A stretch of 64,000 nt of DNA from an uncultured Verrucomicrobiae bacterium (GCA_963815455.1 CAWFGO010000003.1:512001-576000), one strand, 5' to 3'. Counted from the first letter of the stretch, positions 1 through 10,920 are shown. Numbers and translations: made by a program. Notes: generated by a model from the sequence alone, not told the origin.

Positions 1-409
1 GCTTGATCAGATACGTTTTGCCGACACCGGTGGGCCCGACCAAAATCACATTCTGTTTCGCGTATTCGGTTTTTTCCGCCAGAGCCGGGTCCTCCTTCTC
101 GAGCCGGCGCAGATATTTCGCGTGGTTGTAATGATCGCAAACGGCGATCGAGAGCACCTTTTTCGCTTCCTCCTGTTTGATCACAAACCGGTCGAGATGC
201 GCCTTGATGTCGCGCGGCAGAAAATTGAACTCGAAGTCCTCGTGCTCGGTCGCGGCCTTTTCCGGCTTCTCCTCCTCGGTCGCCGCAGCCGGCTCGGGCT
301 GCATAAAAGTCTGGACCGAAACGCGATCGCCGAAGTTCTGTTTCATGAACTCCGAGATCTTGGACTTCAATTCTTCCGGTGAAGGGAAAGGTGGCGGGGT
401 CGGTTCCAT
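1..409 (-). CDS. ClpX-like AAA+ ATPase, N-terminal part (runs off the window)
   Basis: Manual translation from ATG 409: MEPTPPPFPSPEELK...PRDIKAHLDRFVIKQEEAKKVLSIAVCDHYNH...KQNVILVGPTGVGKTYLIK. ClpX/HslU-type lead-in plus Walker A; no N-terminal Zn-binding Cys cluster seen. Confidence 0.8.
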   Translation of the reverse strand, partial: MEPTPPPFPSPEELKSKISEFMKQNFGDRVSVQTFMQPEPAAATEEEKPEKAATEHEDFEFNFLPRDIKAHLDRFVIKQEEAKKVLSIAVCDHYNHAKYLRRLEKEDPALAEKTEYAKQNVILVGPTGVGKTYLIK

Positions 410-574
410 GTGTCAGGGGCAAACAGTCGTGCAAAAACCTACCATCGCAATAAAAGCTGTAAATTCGACTCTCCGAGCGCAAATTTCGTTCATCCCCGGC
501 GAGGCATCCGGCGTTGACAGTGGCCTTTCGCGTCCGAAGCCGGGTTGTTGTGATTTTCCTCTCTGGGAGTAACT

Positions 575-1054
575 TTGCCGATGCTTCGCGTGCGCGGGTT
601 TACGTTGCTGGAGATCGTGCTGGCGGTCGCCATTTTGATGGTGTTACTACTGCTGGCGGTGCCGAGTCTGGATGGCGTGCTATCGGACAGGCATCTCCGG
701 CGTTCGCTGGATAGCTTTAACGCTCTGGTGCGCCAGGCCCAGGAACGAAGCGTGAACGAGCATCGCGCGTATCTCATCGTCTGGGGGGAAAAGGGGGTCT
801 TCTTGCGGCCCGAGGGTTTTGCCAAGGGCGAAGAAGAGACTACGACGGCGAATCTCGAGCTGCGGAAGGGAGACGTCTTTAAGTTGTCGCTGCCGGCGGC
901 GCTGGTGAAGGATCCACCGAGCGAATGGATTTTCTGGCCCTCCGGCACCTGCGAACCGGCGGTGGTGCAATTCACCGGGAAAGACGGAACGTGGACGGCG
1001 AATTACGCGGGCCTGACGGCGCGGGCGGAGATCACGAAGTATGTCGCGAGATAA
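575..1054 (+). CDS. type II secretion minor pseudopilin, GspH-like
   Basis: Prepilin motif RGFTLLEIVLAVAILMVL; first gene of the H-I-J-K-L-M run. Confidence 0.8.
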   Translation: MPMLRVRGFTLLEIVLAVAILMVLLLLAVPSLDGVLSDRHLRRSLDSFNALVRQAQERSVNEHRAYLIVWGEKGVFLRPEGFAKGEEETTTANLELRKGDVFKLSLPAALVKDPPSEWIFWPSGTCEPAVVQFTGKDGTWTANYAGLTARAEITKYVAR

Positions 1055-1483
1055 CGAAAAAGAAATTCGAGATTCGAGATTCGAAATTCGAAACTTTTCC
1101 CGCGCCTTCGCCCTTTACGAAGTGCTCATCGGAGTGGCAATTTTTGCCATCGGCGTGCTGGCCATCGGCCGTTCAGTAGAAAATTGTTTGAACGCGAGCA
1201 CCCTCGGCGCCGAGGAAGACCGCGTACGCGAGATTTTGTCGAACCGAATGGCGGAGGTCCAAACCGCGCCCGGTCTTCCCGATGTCTCGGAAAAAAAGAA
1301 GATCGACACCGGCTACGGAATGGTGACTTTGATCCAAAAGAGCGTGCCGGCAAACTTGACCGAACCGGATGGTGCCCGCAAACTAACCGGGATGGTGCTG
1401 GTGACCTTGAAGGCGGAATGGGAGCGCGGCGGCGTGCCGCAATCGGAGGCGATCGAGTTTTATGTTTATCGTTCCGGTCTTAA
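1041..1483 (+). CDS. minor pseudopilin, GspI-like (appears fused to the next gene through a probable indel)
   Basis: Motif RAFALYEVLIGVAIFAIGVL; a TAA at 1481-1483 lies one frame off. Confidence 0.65.
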
Positions 1484-2094
1484 TTCCGCGGGCCGGCGCG
1501 CCTTTACGCTGCTCGAGGTGACCCTGGCGGTGGTGATCCTCGGGATGATGGCGCTGGTGATTTATCGTTTCGTCCAGATAAACATCGTAGCGATACGAAT
1601 TTCCGCGGAGACGACCGCGGCGGATGCGCAATACTCCGGACTGCGGGATCTCTTGCAGCGCAATGGCAGAGTCTGCCCCCGGGCAAAGGTGCGATGACCG
1701 GCGAGCCAGGCAAGTTGGAACGATCGCGCGCGGGATGAGATTCGGTGGACGTGCGGGCCCGGGCCGGGGTTGCTGACGCGATATGCGCCGGGCGATTTTG
1801 CCGTCTGGTTGCGTCTGAAACCGGAGGATAAAAACAGCAAACAGCTGGATCTTGGGGTCTTGCGGCGGCCGCTGGCCGAACCCGGTCTGGTTCACGAACA
1901 CGATACCTGGGTGCCGTTAATTAAGAACGTTGGCAGCCTTAAGATCCGTTATTTCGATCCGCGCTTGAATGTCGTGGGTGGAGCGGTGGAGCGACACTTT
2001 GCTGTTGCCCCGGCTGGTGAAACTGACCGTGGGTCGCAACGATGCCAATGCGCCGTGGGAAGTGATCATCCCGCTCGGGCGCACCCCGTATTGA
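1462..2094 (+). CDS. minor pseudopilin, GspJ-like (frameshifted)
   Basis: Second prepilin motif RRAFTLLEVTLAVVILGMM; C-terminal pieces SLKIRYFDPRLN and LPRLVKLTV...IIPL lie in other frames. Confidence 0.65.
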
Positions 2095-2096
2095 CG

Positions 2097-3024
2097 ATGT
2101 CAATGTTAACGAGACGCTGTCAGAAAGGCCAGAAATCGCGCGGCGCGGCGATCATGCTCGCGCTCTGGGCGCTTTTCCTGCTCAGCGCAATGGTCATTTC
2201 CTGGGCGCTCGATATTAATGCAAGGCTCTCGCTGGCCGGAAACGCCAGCCGGGTTCTGGAAGCCGAAGCCATGGCCTGCTCAGGCGCGGAAGTTGCGCTG
2301 CATCCTCTCATCAAGACCGACTCCCCCAATTTGCACAGGAACATTGGGCGGAAAAATTATGAAGCGCGCATTACCGGCGAAGGAGGCCGTTTGAACATCA
2401 ACTGGATCGTGGCCGGGGAAGACCCAACCCGGCTGGAAATTCTGCGCCGATACCTGGAGCAAAAAGGGATCGATTTGAACGAACGCGAGCACATGATGGA
2501 TTGCCTGCTCGACTGGGTGGACGCCGACGATCTGGTGCGATTGAACGGCGCCGAAGCAAGCGACGATTATCGTCCGGCCAATGCGCTGCTTACGCGCATC
2601 GACGAACTCAAGAACGTGAAAGGCTGGGAGGAATTCACCTCCAACCCCGGGTGGGACGACGATCTTACGGTCAACAGTTCCGGACCGATCGATGTGACCT
2701 GGGCCTCGCGCGATGTGCTGCTCGCGTTGCCGGGGATGACCGAGGGCCTGGTCGATCGGTTCCTGGAATTGCGGCGCGGTCAGGATGGAATCGATGGAAC
2801 GGATGACGACATGCAATTCAAGAAGTGGGACGACGTTCGGTACCGCGCTCGGCCTCTCCCCGGACCAATTCAAACAGCTGCAGCCGGGCGTTTTGATCGC
2901 GCTAAAAGATCCATTTTATCGAGTTGTTAGCGTCGGAAAATCGGGCAACGCGCGGCGAACTGTGCAATTAGTCTTCCAGCGCACGGGCGCTACGCCTCAA
3001 TTGCGCACCTGGAAGGAGTTTTAA
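2097..3024 (+). CDS. gspK: type II secretion protein GspK (frameshift near 2840)
   Basis: RGAAIMLALWALFLL leader, EGGRLNIN, LLDWVDADD, DELKNVKGW; ends YRVVSVGKSG...TWKEF in ORF 2785..3024. Confidence 0.8.
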
Positions 3025-3133
3025 TATCGAAGCAGGATCGACATCCGTTTTCATTACGCCGACCGCGCACGGCTGGAATTTCCTCCGTTCGACCGACCTG
3101 AACGGGACGTGGGACGTTCGGTCGCTTCGCACT

Positions 3134-4261
3134 TTGGAAGAAGCCGTGCCGCTAATGAAAGCGGAGGACGATTTCGTGCTTGGTCTTCCTCTTTCCGCGG
3201 TTCTCGCTCAGCGCATTCATTTGCCTACAGCCGATCCGGCGGAATTTGCGGAAATGGTCCGTCTCCAAATTGAAAAAGCGCTGCCGTATTCGTCTGAGGA
3301 AGTGACAACCGATTTCGAAGTGATCGAGCAAGGCGAGAACGGTTGCGTCGTTTCTGCCGTCGCGGTTCACAACGGACGGCTGTCCGAGATGGCCGCGCCG
3401 TTGCTGGAGCGCGGTTTCATCCCGCGGCAGGTGACCGTTTATGCCGCTCAACGCGGCAGCACGCACGCGCCTAAGGGCAACGCCCTTCTCATTTACCCCG
3501 AAGGCGAGGAACTGGTTTCGGCCATGACGGAAAACGGCAAGGTGAGCCTCACCCGAACATTCGAGGGTGTGGAACCGCAGAACCTGCAAATGGAATTGCC
3601 GCAATTGACCTTGAGCGCGGAATTGCAAGGGATCAATGCCGGGGCTTCGAGCGTGTTTCTCGACGAAACCTGTTATGACTTGCGCGATACGGTGCAGGGA
3701 ATTTTGTCCAGTTTGCCCTCGATCGTGGGAGTGGAAAGACCCCCGGCCACGGTCAAGCTCAATCTCCTGCCGGAGAGCTGGCGGCAGCGCAAAGCGAAAC
3801 TCGCCAGGCAAGGCGAGTGGCGCAAACGGCTTCTTTGGGCCGGCGGCGCTTATGCCGGCCTCTTCTTTCTTTTGCTGGCCTTGCTCGGTTTCTTCCGGTT
3901 CGAGATTTCGCGGCTCGGTCGAACCATCGCGCGCAACGAACCGCAGATCCAATTCGTCCGCAGCGCCGAAGCGAGCTGGAAAGCGCTTCAACCGGCCATC
4001 GACACGCGTTATTACCCGGTCGAAATTTTGCTTCATCTTTTCCAGAGCCTCCCTTCAACAGATGTGCGCATCACTGCTTACAACCAATCCGCTCGGCAAA
4101 TTTCCGTCGACGGCGAGGCCAACACCGCGCAACTGGCCTACGATTTCGCCGAGAAAGTGAAAAAGGATCCGGCCCTGCAAATTTTCCAATTCAATATGGC
4201 CGATCCGCGGATTCTGCCGAACGGCCACGCCCAATTTCGACTGGAGGGACGCCCCCGATGA
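3134..4261 (+). CDS. GspL/PilM-PilN-like inner-membrane platform protein
   Basis: Cytoplasmic domain, NLLP motif followed by a TM helix and a PilN-like periplasmic domain; follows gspK. The frame is open upstream, so the true start may be earlier. Confidence 0.7.
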   Translation: MEEAVPLMKAEDDFVLGLPLSAVLAQRIHLPTADPAEFAEMVRLQIEKALPYSSEEVTTDFEVIEQGENGCVVSAVAVHNGRLSEMAAPLLERGFIPRQVTVYAAQRGSTHAPKGNALLIYPEGEELVSAMTENGKVSLTRTFEGVEPQNLQMELPQLTLSAELQGINAGASSVFLDETCYDLRDTVQGILSSLPSIVGVERPPATVKLNLLPESWRQRKAKLARQGEWRKRLLWAGGAYAGLFFLLLALLGFFRFEISRLGRTIARNEPQIQFVRSAEASWKALQPAIDTRYYPVEILLHLFQSLPSTDVRITAYNQSARQISVDGEANTAQLAYDFAEKVKKDPALQIFQFNMADPRILPNGHAQFRLEGRPR

Positions 4262-4818
4262 CTGTCACGGCCTGGTACGAAAAATTGAGCCGCCGCGAAC
4301 GCCTTTTGTCGTTGACCGTGGCGAGTCTTGTTTTCGTGGTGCTCAATCTCCTGATCTGGAGCTGGCTTTTCGGCGCGCTTGGCCGCGCCCGGACCGAGCT
4401 CGCAGAACGCAAATCGACGCGTGCCCAGCAGGCCGTTTACATGCAAGAGCGCGATCTCTGGGTAAAACGGGAGGAGTGGATCAAAAAACATCAACCTGTC
4501 CTCACCGGACCGGGCGAAGCCTCAAAACTCCTGGAAGATCACATCAAGCCGGTCGCCGCGAAGCATAATGTTTTGCTCGAAAACCCGCAGATCGGCTCGG
4601 GCGAAACTACGCCTTATCATCTGACCGTTTTCACTTCCCTGGAAACAAAGAGCCCATGGCCGGCGCTCGTGCATTTTCTCTATGATGTTCAGCAGCCGGA
4701 GAAATTTGTCGTGCTTGAAAGTGTGATGCTTTCGATCGATTCAAATGATCCCACAATGATGCATGGAAAATTCAAGATTGCGCGGTGGTTTGCCCCCGCT
4801 CAACGTAAGAAAGGATGA
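4258..4818 (+). CDS. GspM/PilO-like protein
   Basis: MTVTAWYEKLSRRERLL followed by a TM helix, a typical GspM start; ATGA overlap with the gspL-like gene. Confidence 0.7.
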   Translation: MTVTAWYEKLSRRERLLSLTVASLVFVVLNLLIWSWLFGALGRARTELAERKSTRAQQAVYMQERDLWVKREEWIKKHQPVLTGPGEASKLLEDHIKPVAAKHNVLLENPQIGSGETTPYHLTVFTSLETKSPWPALVHFLYDVQQPEKFVVLESVMLSIDSNDPTMMHGKFKIARWFAPAQRKKG

Positions 4819-5390
4819 TTATGAAACGCTGCCTGCTTTCGCTGTCGATCCTGGCCACGTCCGTCGCGACGATTTGTCGAGCGGACGATGTCATTCCAAA
4901 ACGCACCGATTTTAGCCGTTACGCGGCGATGGTGGAGCATTCGCCGTTTGCCGTGGCCAGCGCTCCGGTCCAGGCGTCAACGACACCATCCTGGTCGAAG
5001 GACCTTTTCATCGCCAACGCAGCCCACATGCCCGAGGCCGATTTGATCACGATCATGTCGTTGTCGGACAAGAACCTGAAAGAATATGTTTCCACTGACG
5101 AGCCAAACGAACACGGCTATGGCATCGCCAGTATTGAATGGTCGGACAATCCGGGCGCAACCAAAGTCACCATTAGCAAGGATGGCCAATTCGCGACTCT
5201 CGGGTTTAACGAAGCGGTGATGGCCCAGCCGCCGATGATTCCTAACGCGCCTCCGCCGCGCAATATTCCCGGGATTAAACCAGCGACGCCGCCGACCTTG
5301 CCCGCGCCCCATGTGCGCGGCGTGATTCAAAGAAAACCGTCGCAGCCTTCCCCGCCAAACAGTGGGCCGGTGACCGCGCCCGAATCCTGA
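4815..5390 (+). CDS. exported hypothetical protein with Pro-rich tail (last gene of the T2SS run)
   Basis: 191-aa ORF with a signal-peptide-like start; ATGA overlap with the gspM-like gene. Confidence 0.6.
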   Translation: MIMKRCLLSLSILATSVATICRADDVIPKRTDFSRYAAMVEHSPFAVASAPVQASTTPSWSKDLFIANAAHMPEADLITIMSLSDKNLKEYVSTDEPNEHGYGIASIEWSDNPGATKVTISKDGQFATLGFNEAVMAQPPMIPNAPPPRNIPGIKPATPPTLPAPHVRGVIQRKPSQPSPPNSGPVTAPES

Positions 5391-5408
5391 TTGTTAATTT
5401 ATAGCGTT

Positions 5409-5826
5409 CTAATCGCCCCAATCGTCGTCAGCGGTATCGGGAGTCCGGTCCGGACCCGCGGAAAAAAGATCGTAGCCTTGCGGATGTTTGAGTCCCGGAC
5501 AGCGATAAATGTAAGGGTTCTGCCATGGATCTTTGGGCACCTCCTTGAACAATTGATACCAGCGCGATGGCCGCGGTTCGCTGTCCATCCTGGTCACTAA
5601 CGCTTCCAAGCCCTGATCGGTACCTGGGAAAGAATCCATTCATGCTTTCATACAAGTTCAGTTGCGTCCCAATGGATTGAATATCTGCTTTAACCCCCAC
5701 GCCTTTCGCGAACCCCAGGGGATTGCCGATCTTCGTGATCGCCAGTCCTAAAAGGACCACGATGATGCTCACCACGATCATGATCTCGAGCAGGGTGAAG
5801 CCTTGCTGATGTTTCTTCGTCGTCAT
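5409..5826 (-). CDS. gspG: major pseudopilin GspG (frameshift near 5625)
   Basis: QQGFTLLEIMIVV at the N-terminus; QGLEALV, VPKDPWQNPYIY and YDLFSAGPD...DD in the shifted frame. Confidence 0.88.
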
Positions 5827-5847
5827 TCCGATCCCCTTTTCCGTTTC

Positions 5848-6914
5848 TTACTGCCCCGTCTTCAGCAGGTAATCTGATTTGTCCCAGAGATACTTCAATT
5901 GAATTTGCGTTGCCGAATAGCCGAACCCGACGCGTTCGCGCCGTTCAAAATGATCAAGTCGTTGTTCCCAGCTTTTAAGCTGGAGGCCGGCACGATTTTC
6001 TGCGCCCGGAGCCAGCCCGTGTATTGAAAGTGCATTTGCTTCACCAATGGTTCCATTTCGCCGCGATAACCGGGATCAGCCAGCTCGGGCAATGCCAATG
6101 AGACAGGCCCAACGTCCGCGCCGTTCAGATAGACCTCGGGCGGCGAATCGATCCGCGGACTGGCGATCTCGAACGTGAGCACCGCCAGCAACGGCTGCGA
6201 TTCAATCCCGAACTGGAACACCGCCCCCTCTTGAATATCCGGTCCGATCCGAATCGCGTCGGCGGCCAGCGTGGCCGTCACCGTCCCAAATTGCTCGACG
6301 TCCTGCTCGGGCACATGCAACGGCGGCACCGCCGAGAACGGTTCCGGAATCACGTCGCGATGTTCGGCCTTCAACGGGTGGACGACCTCGCTGCTCGTCA
6401 TCCAGTCGAGATAGGCGCCCCGTACCGTTTTTCCGTCTCCGGGTACTTCGATGTCGATGGTCGATATGCCAAACATTGGGATCATCACCGAATCGGAGCT
6501 GGGCAGATTGATTCCCGACCCGAGCTGGCCGGAACGCAGTATTTGCGTTCCCGATTCGTCCCATGCGATCAACTCGGGGCGCGCATCTGGTTTGTCGTCG
6601 AAGAACAATCGGAAGAAGAGAACCTGATAATCGGGTCCGGGCTGCGAAACGCGGATGCGAAAGACACTCTTGGAAATCCCCTCCCCGGCCCCCTTAACCG
6701 AACTGAGTCCGACCGCTTCCACCCAGCGCGGGGCGCTTTGTGGTTTGGAATTGGCCGGCGCGTGCTGGCGTAAATCGAGCCAGGCGCTTTCCGGACGCGC
6801 CGTTGTCGATCCGGCATCTCCCGATACAGGCAAGGCGTCGCTGAAGGCGACCTGGGCGTGAAGAGAAGACGTTGCGCCCAGCAGAAGAACGGCCGCAACA
6901 AGGCGAGGAACCAT
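5848..6914 (-). CDS. secreted hypothetical protein between gspF and gspG
   Basis: Signal-peptide-like N-terminus; with one indel near 5912 it ends QIQLKYLWDKSDYLLKTGQ* at 5848. Confidence 0.65.
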
Positions 6915-6932
6915 TAAGCTGTCGAGAGTACC

Positions 6933-8222
6933 CTAGTGCGGGCGAACCTGCAAACTCTTTGTCATCTCGAATACTGCCGAGAGAATGCTGTAAACCACCA
7001 GCCCGATCACGATCGCGATCACGGCGATAATGATTGGCGGGATCAGTTGAGAAATCACCGAACTGGTCCGGTCGAGCTCGCGTTCGTAAACATCCGCGAT
7101 CGTTTGCATCGTCTCTACGAAATGTCCGGTCTGTTCTCCAACCGCCATCATGTCAGTAAACAAATCCGGAAACAATTTTTGACTCGTTAACGCGGCCGAG
7201 AGCGTGGCGCCGTCGATCACGGCGCGCCGAACTTCTGCCATTTTCACTTCCAAAAATCGATTGCTCGCGATTTCGGTGACCAGATCGAGCGAGCGAAGCA
7301 GAGGCACGCCATTTTCCATCAGTGTCCCCAATGTGCGGGCGAATTGCGCATAATAGCGGTGGCGGATCACGCGGCCGTAACCCGGAATAACAAGACGAAA
7401 ACGGTCCCAGGCGATTCGTCCTTCATCGGTTCGCACAAACGCTCTAAACCCGACCATTCCTCCTACGACAACGAGCGCGCCAACCCACCAGTAGCCGGTA
7501 ACAAGATGGTTAATCTGGATCAACAGTCGCGTGGCAAACGGGAGCGAACTGCCCGTTTGCGTCTGCGCCATGAACCCGACGAGCTTCGGCACCATGAAGG
7601 TAATAAAGATCGTGATCAAAGCGATGCCCGCGACGGCAAGGAACGCCGGATAAATAAGCGCCTGCTGCACGCGATCGCGAAGATCTCGCGCCTGGCTCAA
7701 GTGTTTCACCACCCGTTGCAAAATATCCGGGAGCGCGCCGCTCGCTTCGCCCGCCGCCACCATGTTCACGTACAACGGCGGAAAAATTCGCGGGAACTCG
7801 CGCAGCGCTTGCGAGAAACTGCGCCCATCGACAAGGGCCTGGTGAAGCGAGTGCGTCATCTGTTGCACCCGTGGCTGTTTGATCCGTTTCTCCAGGATCG
7901 ACAACCCCTCGTCCAGCGTCATGCCCGCGCGAAGCAAGTGCCCGAGTTGCTCGGTAAACACCAGTACCTGCCCATGCGGAATTTTCAGATTCTGCGTCGG
8001 GGACGCGGCGGCGGCCGCCCCGTTTTGCCGGGCCACGGCCGGATCCGCCCCCACGATGTCTACCCGAATCGGGATATACTTCTGTTGCTCGATCTGACGA
8101 ATGGCGACGGATCGATCCGGGCAATCCAATATCCCTTCGACCAGGGCCCCCTGCGCATCCCGCGCCCGATAAGCAAACTGTGGCATCGGCGTCGAAAATA
8201 ATCTGAAACCGGAAAACTGCAT
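6933..8222 (-). CDS. gspF: type II secretion system F family protein (GspF/PilC)
   Basis: MPQFAYRARD, FTEQLGHLLRAG, YVNMVAAGEASG, ALIYP, MMAVGEQTG. The start may be the internal Met near 8186. Confidence 0.92.
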   Translation of the reverse strand: MQFSGFRLFSTPMPQFAYRARDAQGALVEGILDCPDRSVAIRQIEQQKYIPIRVDIVGADPAVARQNGAAAAASPTQNLKIPHGQVLVFTEQLGHLLRAGMTLDEGLSILEKRIKQPRVQQMTHSLHQALVDGRSFSQALREFPRIFPPLYVNMVAAGEASGALPDILQRVVKHLSQARDLRDRVQQALIYPAFLAVAGIALITIFITFMVPKLVGFMAQTQTGSSLPFATRLLIQINHLVTGYWWVGALVVVGGMVGFRAFVRTDEGRIAWDRFRLVIPGYGRVIRHRYYAQFARTLGTLMENGVPLLRSLDLVTEIASNRFLEVKMAEVRRAVIDGATLSAALTSQKLFPDLFTDMMAVGEQTGHFVETMQTIADVYERELDRTSSVISQLIPPIIIAVIAIVIGLVVYSILSAVFEMTKSLQVRPH

Positions 8223-8280
8223 CGATTCTTTCTATCGACAGCGAACCGGCCGTCTGGCTAGGATCGACATCGTCGTCGTC

Positions 8281-8700
8281 ATGAATACGCTTCGCGCTGC
8301 GTTTGTTCCCGGGCTTATCGCCGGTGTCGTGTCCATCTTTACCAGCTGGCTTTGGATGGGCGTTATCTTTCACCGCTATCAACGCGAGACGCCCGAAACG
8401 TGGCGACCCGAAGGCGCGAGGAGCTATTTAGGCGCGAGTCTGCTTCACTTGCTCGCCGCAATCGGGATCGCTTGTCTATTTACACTAGTTGTTCGCTTCA
8501 ACGTTGGCGTTTTCGCGCTCGGCTTCGGCGGAAGCATTTATTTCGCCATATGCATCTGGGGCGCGCTGGCTCTGCCCATTCTTATCGAGTCCGCGCTCTT
8601 CATTCGGCTCCATACCCTGGTCGTTCTCGGTCAACTTCTCGACTGGCTCACCACTGCGCTCCTGGCCTGTGTCATTACCGCCTGGTGGCTAGGGCGCTGA
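8281..8700 (+). CDS. small integral membrane protein
   Basis: 139 aa with about 4 hydrophobic segments. Confidence 0.65.
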   Translation: MNTLRAAFVPGLIAGVVSIFTSWLWMGVIFHRYQRETPETWRPEGARSYLGASLLHLLAAIGIACLFTLVVRFNVGVFALGFGGSIYFAICIWGALALPILIESALFIRLHTLVVLGQLLDWLTTALLACVITAWWLGR

Positions 8701-8771
8701 GCTTCCCCGGCGTCGGCGAAAAAAGGAATTGCCTAAAATGGCACGTTTGGTGCAAAATAATGATTGAAATT

Positions 8772-8951
8772 ATGAGAATTACCATTGTTTCCCTCCTCGT
8801 TACCCTGGCGTTTTCATCCCCTGCCTTTGCCATCCTGCGCCCCCGTTTCCCGATCAAGCCCCACGCGCCCTATCGCGGACAGGTCGCTATCATCGACGAC
8901 GACTCGCTCAAAAGCCCGCCGAAGAATTCTCCGTTCCAAGCATCGAGATAA
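8772..8951 (+). CDS. small secreted peptide (59 aa)
   Basis: MRITIVSLLVTLAFSSPAFA|ILRPRFPIKP..., a signal peptide ending A-F-A. Confidence 0.5.
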   Translation: MRITIVSLLVTLAFSSPAFAILRPRFPIKPHAPYRGQVAIIDDDSLKSPPKNSPFQASR

Positions 8952-9040
8952 CGGAGCAACATCCAGGCACGTCCCTCCGGCAAAACGGCTCTCAGCTCCA
9001 GCGGCAAATCGAAGATCGCCGATCAAAAATCGAAAATGTA

Positions 9041-9330
9041 GTGAGGCAGGGGCGGGAATGGAGCCGGCGGGAGCCGAGCGACATAGACGAAGCCCCGTCA
9101 GGGGTGAGGTCGCCGGGCGGCGACCGAATCAATCGAACCTAAACGTGGAACGAAATTTAGTTGTCAACAAGGACCGAGCGTGATGTGGAGGCGGGGGCGG
9201 GAATGGAGCCGGCGGGAGCCGAGCGACATAGACGAAGCCCCGTCAGGGGTGAGGTCGCCGGGCGGCGACCGAATCAATCGAACCTAAACGTGGAACGAAA
9301 TTTGGTTGTCAACAAGGACCGAGCGTGATG
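9041..9330 (-). repeat. two tandem 145-bp tRNA-Cys-linked repeats (9041-9185, 9186-9330)
   Basis: Near-identical units. On the minus strand each ends with the last 19 nt of tRNA-Cys (exact in the proximal unit, degenerate in the distal one). Confidence 0.95.
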
Positions 9331-9405
9331 TGGAGGCGGGGGCGGGAATCGAACCCGCGAATAGCGGTTTTGCAGACCGCAGCCTTACCACTTGGCTACC
9401 CCGCC
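9331..9405 (-). tRNA. tRNA-Cys (GCA)
   Basis: GGCGGGGTAGCCAAGTGGTAAGGCTGCGGTCTGCAAAACCGCTATTCGCGGGTTCGATTCCCGCCCCCGCCTCCA folds as a cloverleaf. Confidence 0.97.
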
Positions 9406-9494
9406 GACGCTAAGGGAGAGAATTATCGTTGTAGCGGCGCTTGTATCAAGCGCCGAAGCTAAATAAATAGGCGATTGGCCCACGCGCCTCTACA

Positions 9495-10920
9495 ATGCCT
9501 TCCAAATCATCCAAACTCTTCGCCGCAGCCCAAAAGCGCATTCCCGGCGGCGTAAACTCGCCGGTCCGCGCTTTTCGCAACGTCGAGCGGCGAACCATTT
9601 TTCGTCGACGCGCGCCAAAGGCTCGAGAATCTGGGATGTCGATGGAAACGAATACATCGATTACGTCGGCAGTTGGGGCCCGGCCATTCTCGGTCATGCG
9701 CCGGAAGTTGTCGTCGATGCCGTTGCGATACCGCAACGCGCGGCGTCAGTTTCGGAATTCCCAATCCGCTCGAAGTGGAAATGGCGGAATTGATCTGCCA
9801 GCTGGATGCCGTCGATTGAAAAAGTGCGGATGGTCAACAGCGGCACCGAAGCGACGATGTCGTGCATCCGTCTCGCGCGCGGTTTTACCGGCCGCGACAA
9901 GATCATCAAGTTCGATGGCTGTTATCACGGGCATGCCGATTCGCTGCTGGTGAAATCCGGCAGCGGCGCGCTCACCCATGGTCAGCCCGATAGCGCCGGC
10001 GTGCCGCAAAGCGTTTGCCGATCTCACGATCTCGCTGCCATTCAACGATGCCGATCTTGTCCGGAAAGCATTTCGCGAAAACAGGAACGAAATCGCCGCC
10101 GTGATTCTCGAACCGATCCCGGCCAATGCCGGCCTCTATTTTCCGCAGCGAGAGATTTTCTGTCGATCCTGCGCGAGGAATGCACCAGAAACGGCGCGCT
10201 TTTGATTTTCGACGAAGTGATGACCGGTTTTCGCGTCGCGCGCGGCGGCGCGCAGGAAATTTACGGAATCAAACCGGATCTCACCGCGCTCGGAAAAGTG
10301 ATCGGCGGCGGTTGCCGGTCGGCGCGTTCGGCGGGCGCGCGGAAATCATGGACAAGCTTTCGCCGGACGGTCCGGTCTATCAGGCGGGAACGCTTTCCGG
10401 AAATCCGCTCGCCATGGCGGCCGGTCTGGCGCAACTGCGCGAGCTGGAACGAATCGACGGCTGGAAATTACTCGAAGAACTCGGCGCGCAATTTGAAAAG
10501 CTCGACGCGCGAAGCAATCTCGCGAAGGCGAGGATCGACATCACATTTCACCGGATCGGCTCGATGTTTTGTCTGTTTTTCGCGTCCGGACCGATTGTCG
10601 ATCTTGCCGGCGCAAAACGCAGCGACTTGAAAATGTTCGCGAAATTCTTCCACGGTTGCCTGGAGCGCGGCGTTTATTTCGCGCCGTCGCAATTCGAAAC
10701 CGGATTTATCTCAACCGCGCACACGGCGGATGACATCGAGCGAACCGGCGAAGTCGTGCGCGAAGCGCTGGCTCGAGGTGTAGCGGCCGCTACTGCGGGC
10801 GCATGTCGTGGATCAGCGACTGTGCCGCCCATCGAGCGCCATGCTACATGGAAGCGAGGAACCCTGCGATTCATCTCGCGACTGGACGCGCGCATGGACT
10901 CGCGACCTTTCCCGCTGTGA
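9495..10920 (+). CDS. hemL: glutamate-1-semialdehyde 2,1-aminomutase (several frameshifts)
   Basis: [67 protein letters not shown]. The 3' end is uncertain. Confidence 0.93.

Noticed and set aside
1041..1697. Apparent double-pilin GspI-GspJ fusion
   Set aside because: An ATG (1462) and a TAA (1481) lie in other frames at the junction, consistent with an indel error.
9041..9330. Possible CRISPR array
   Set aside because: Whole 145-bp units are repeated with no unique spacers, and there are no cas genes.
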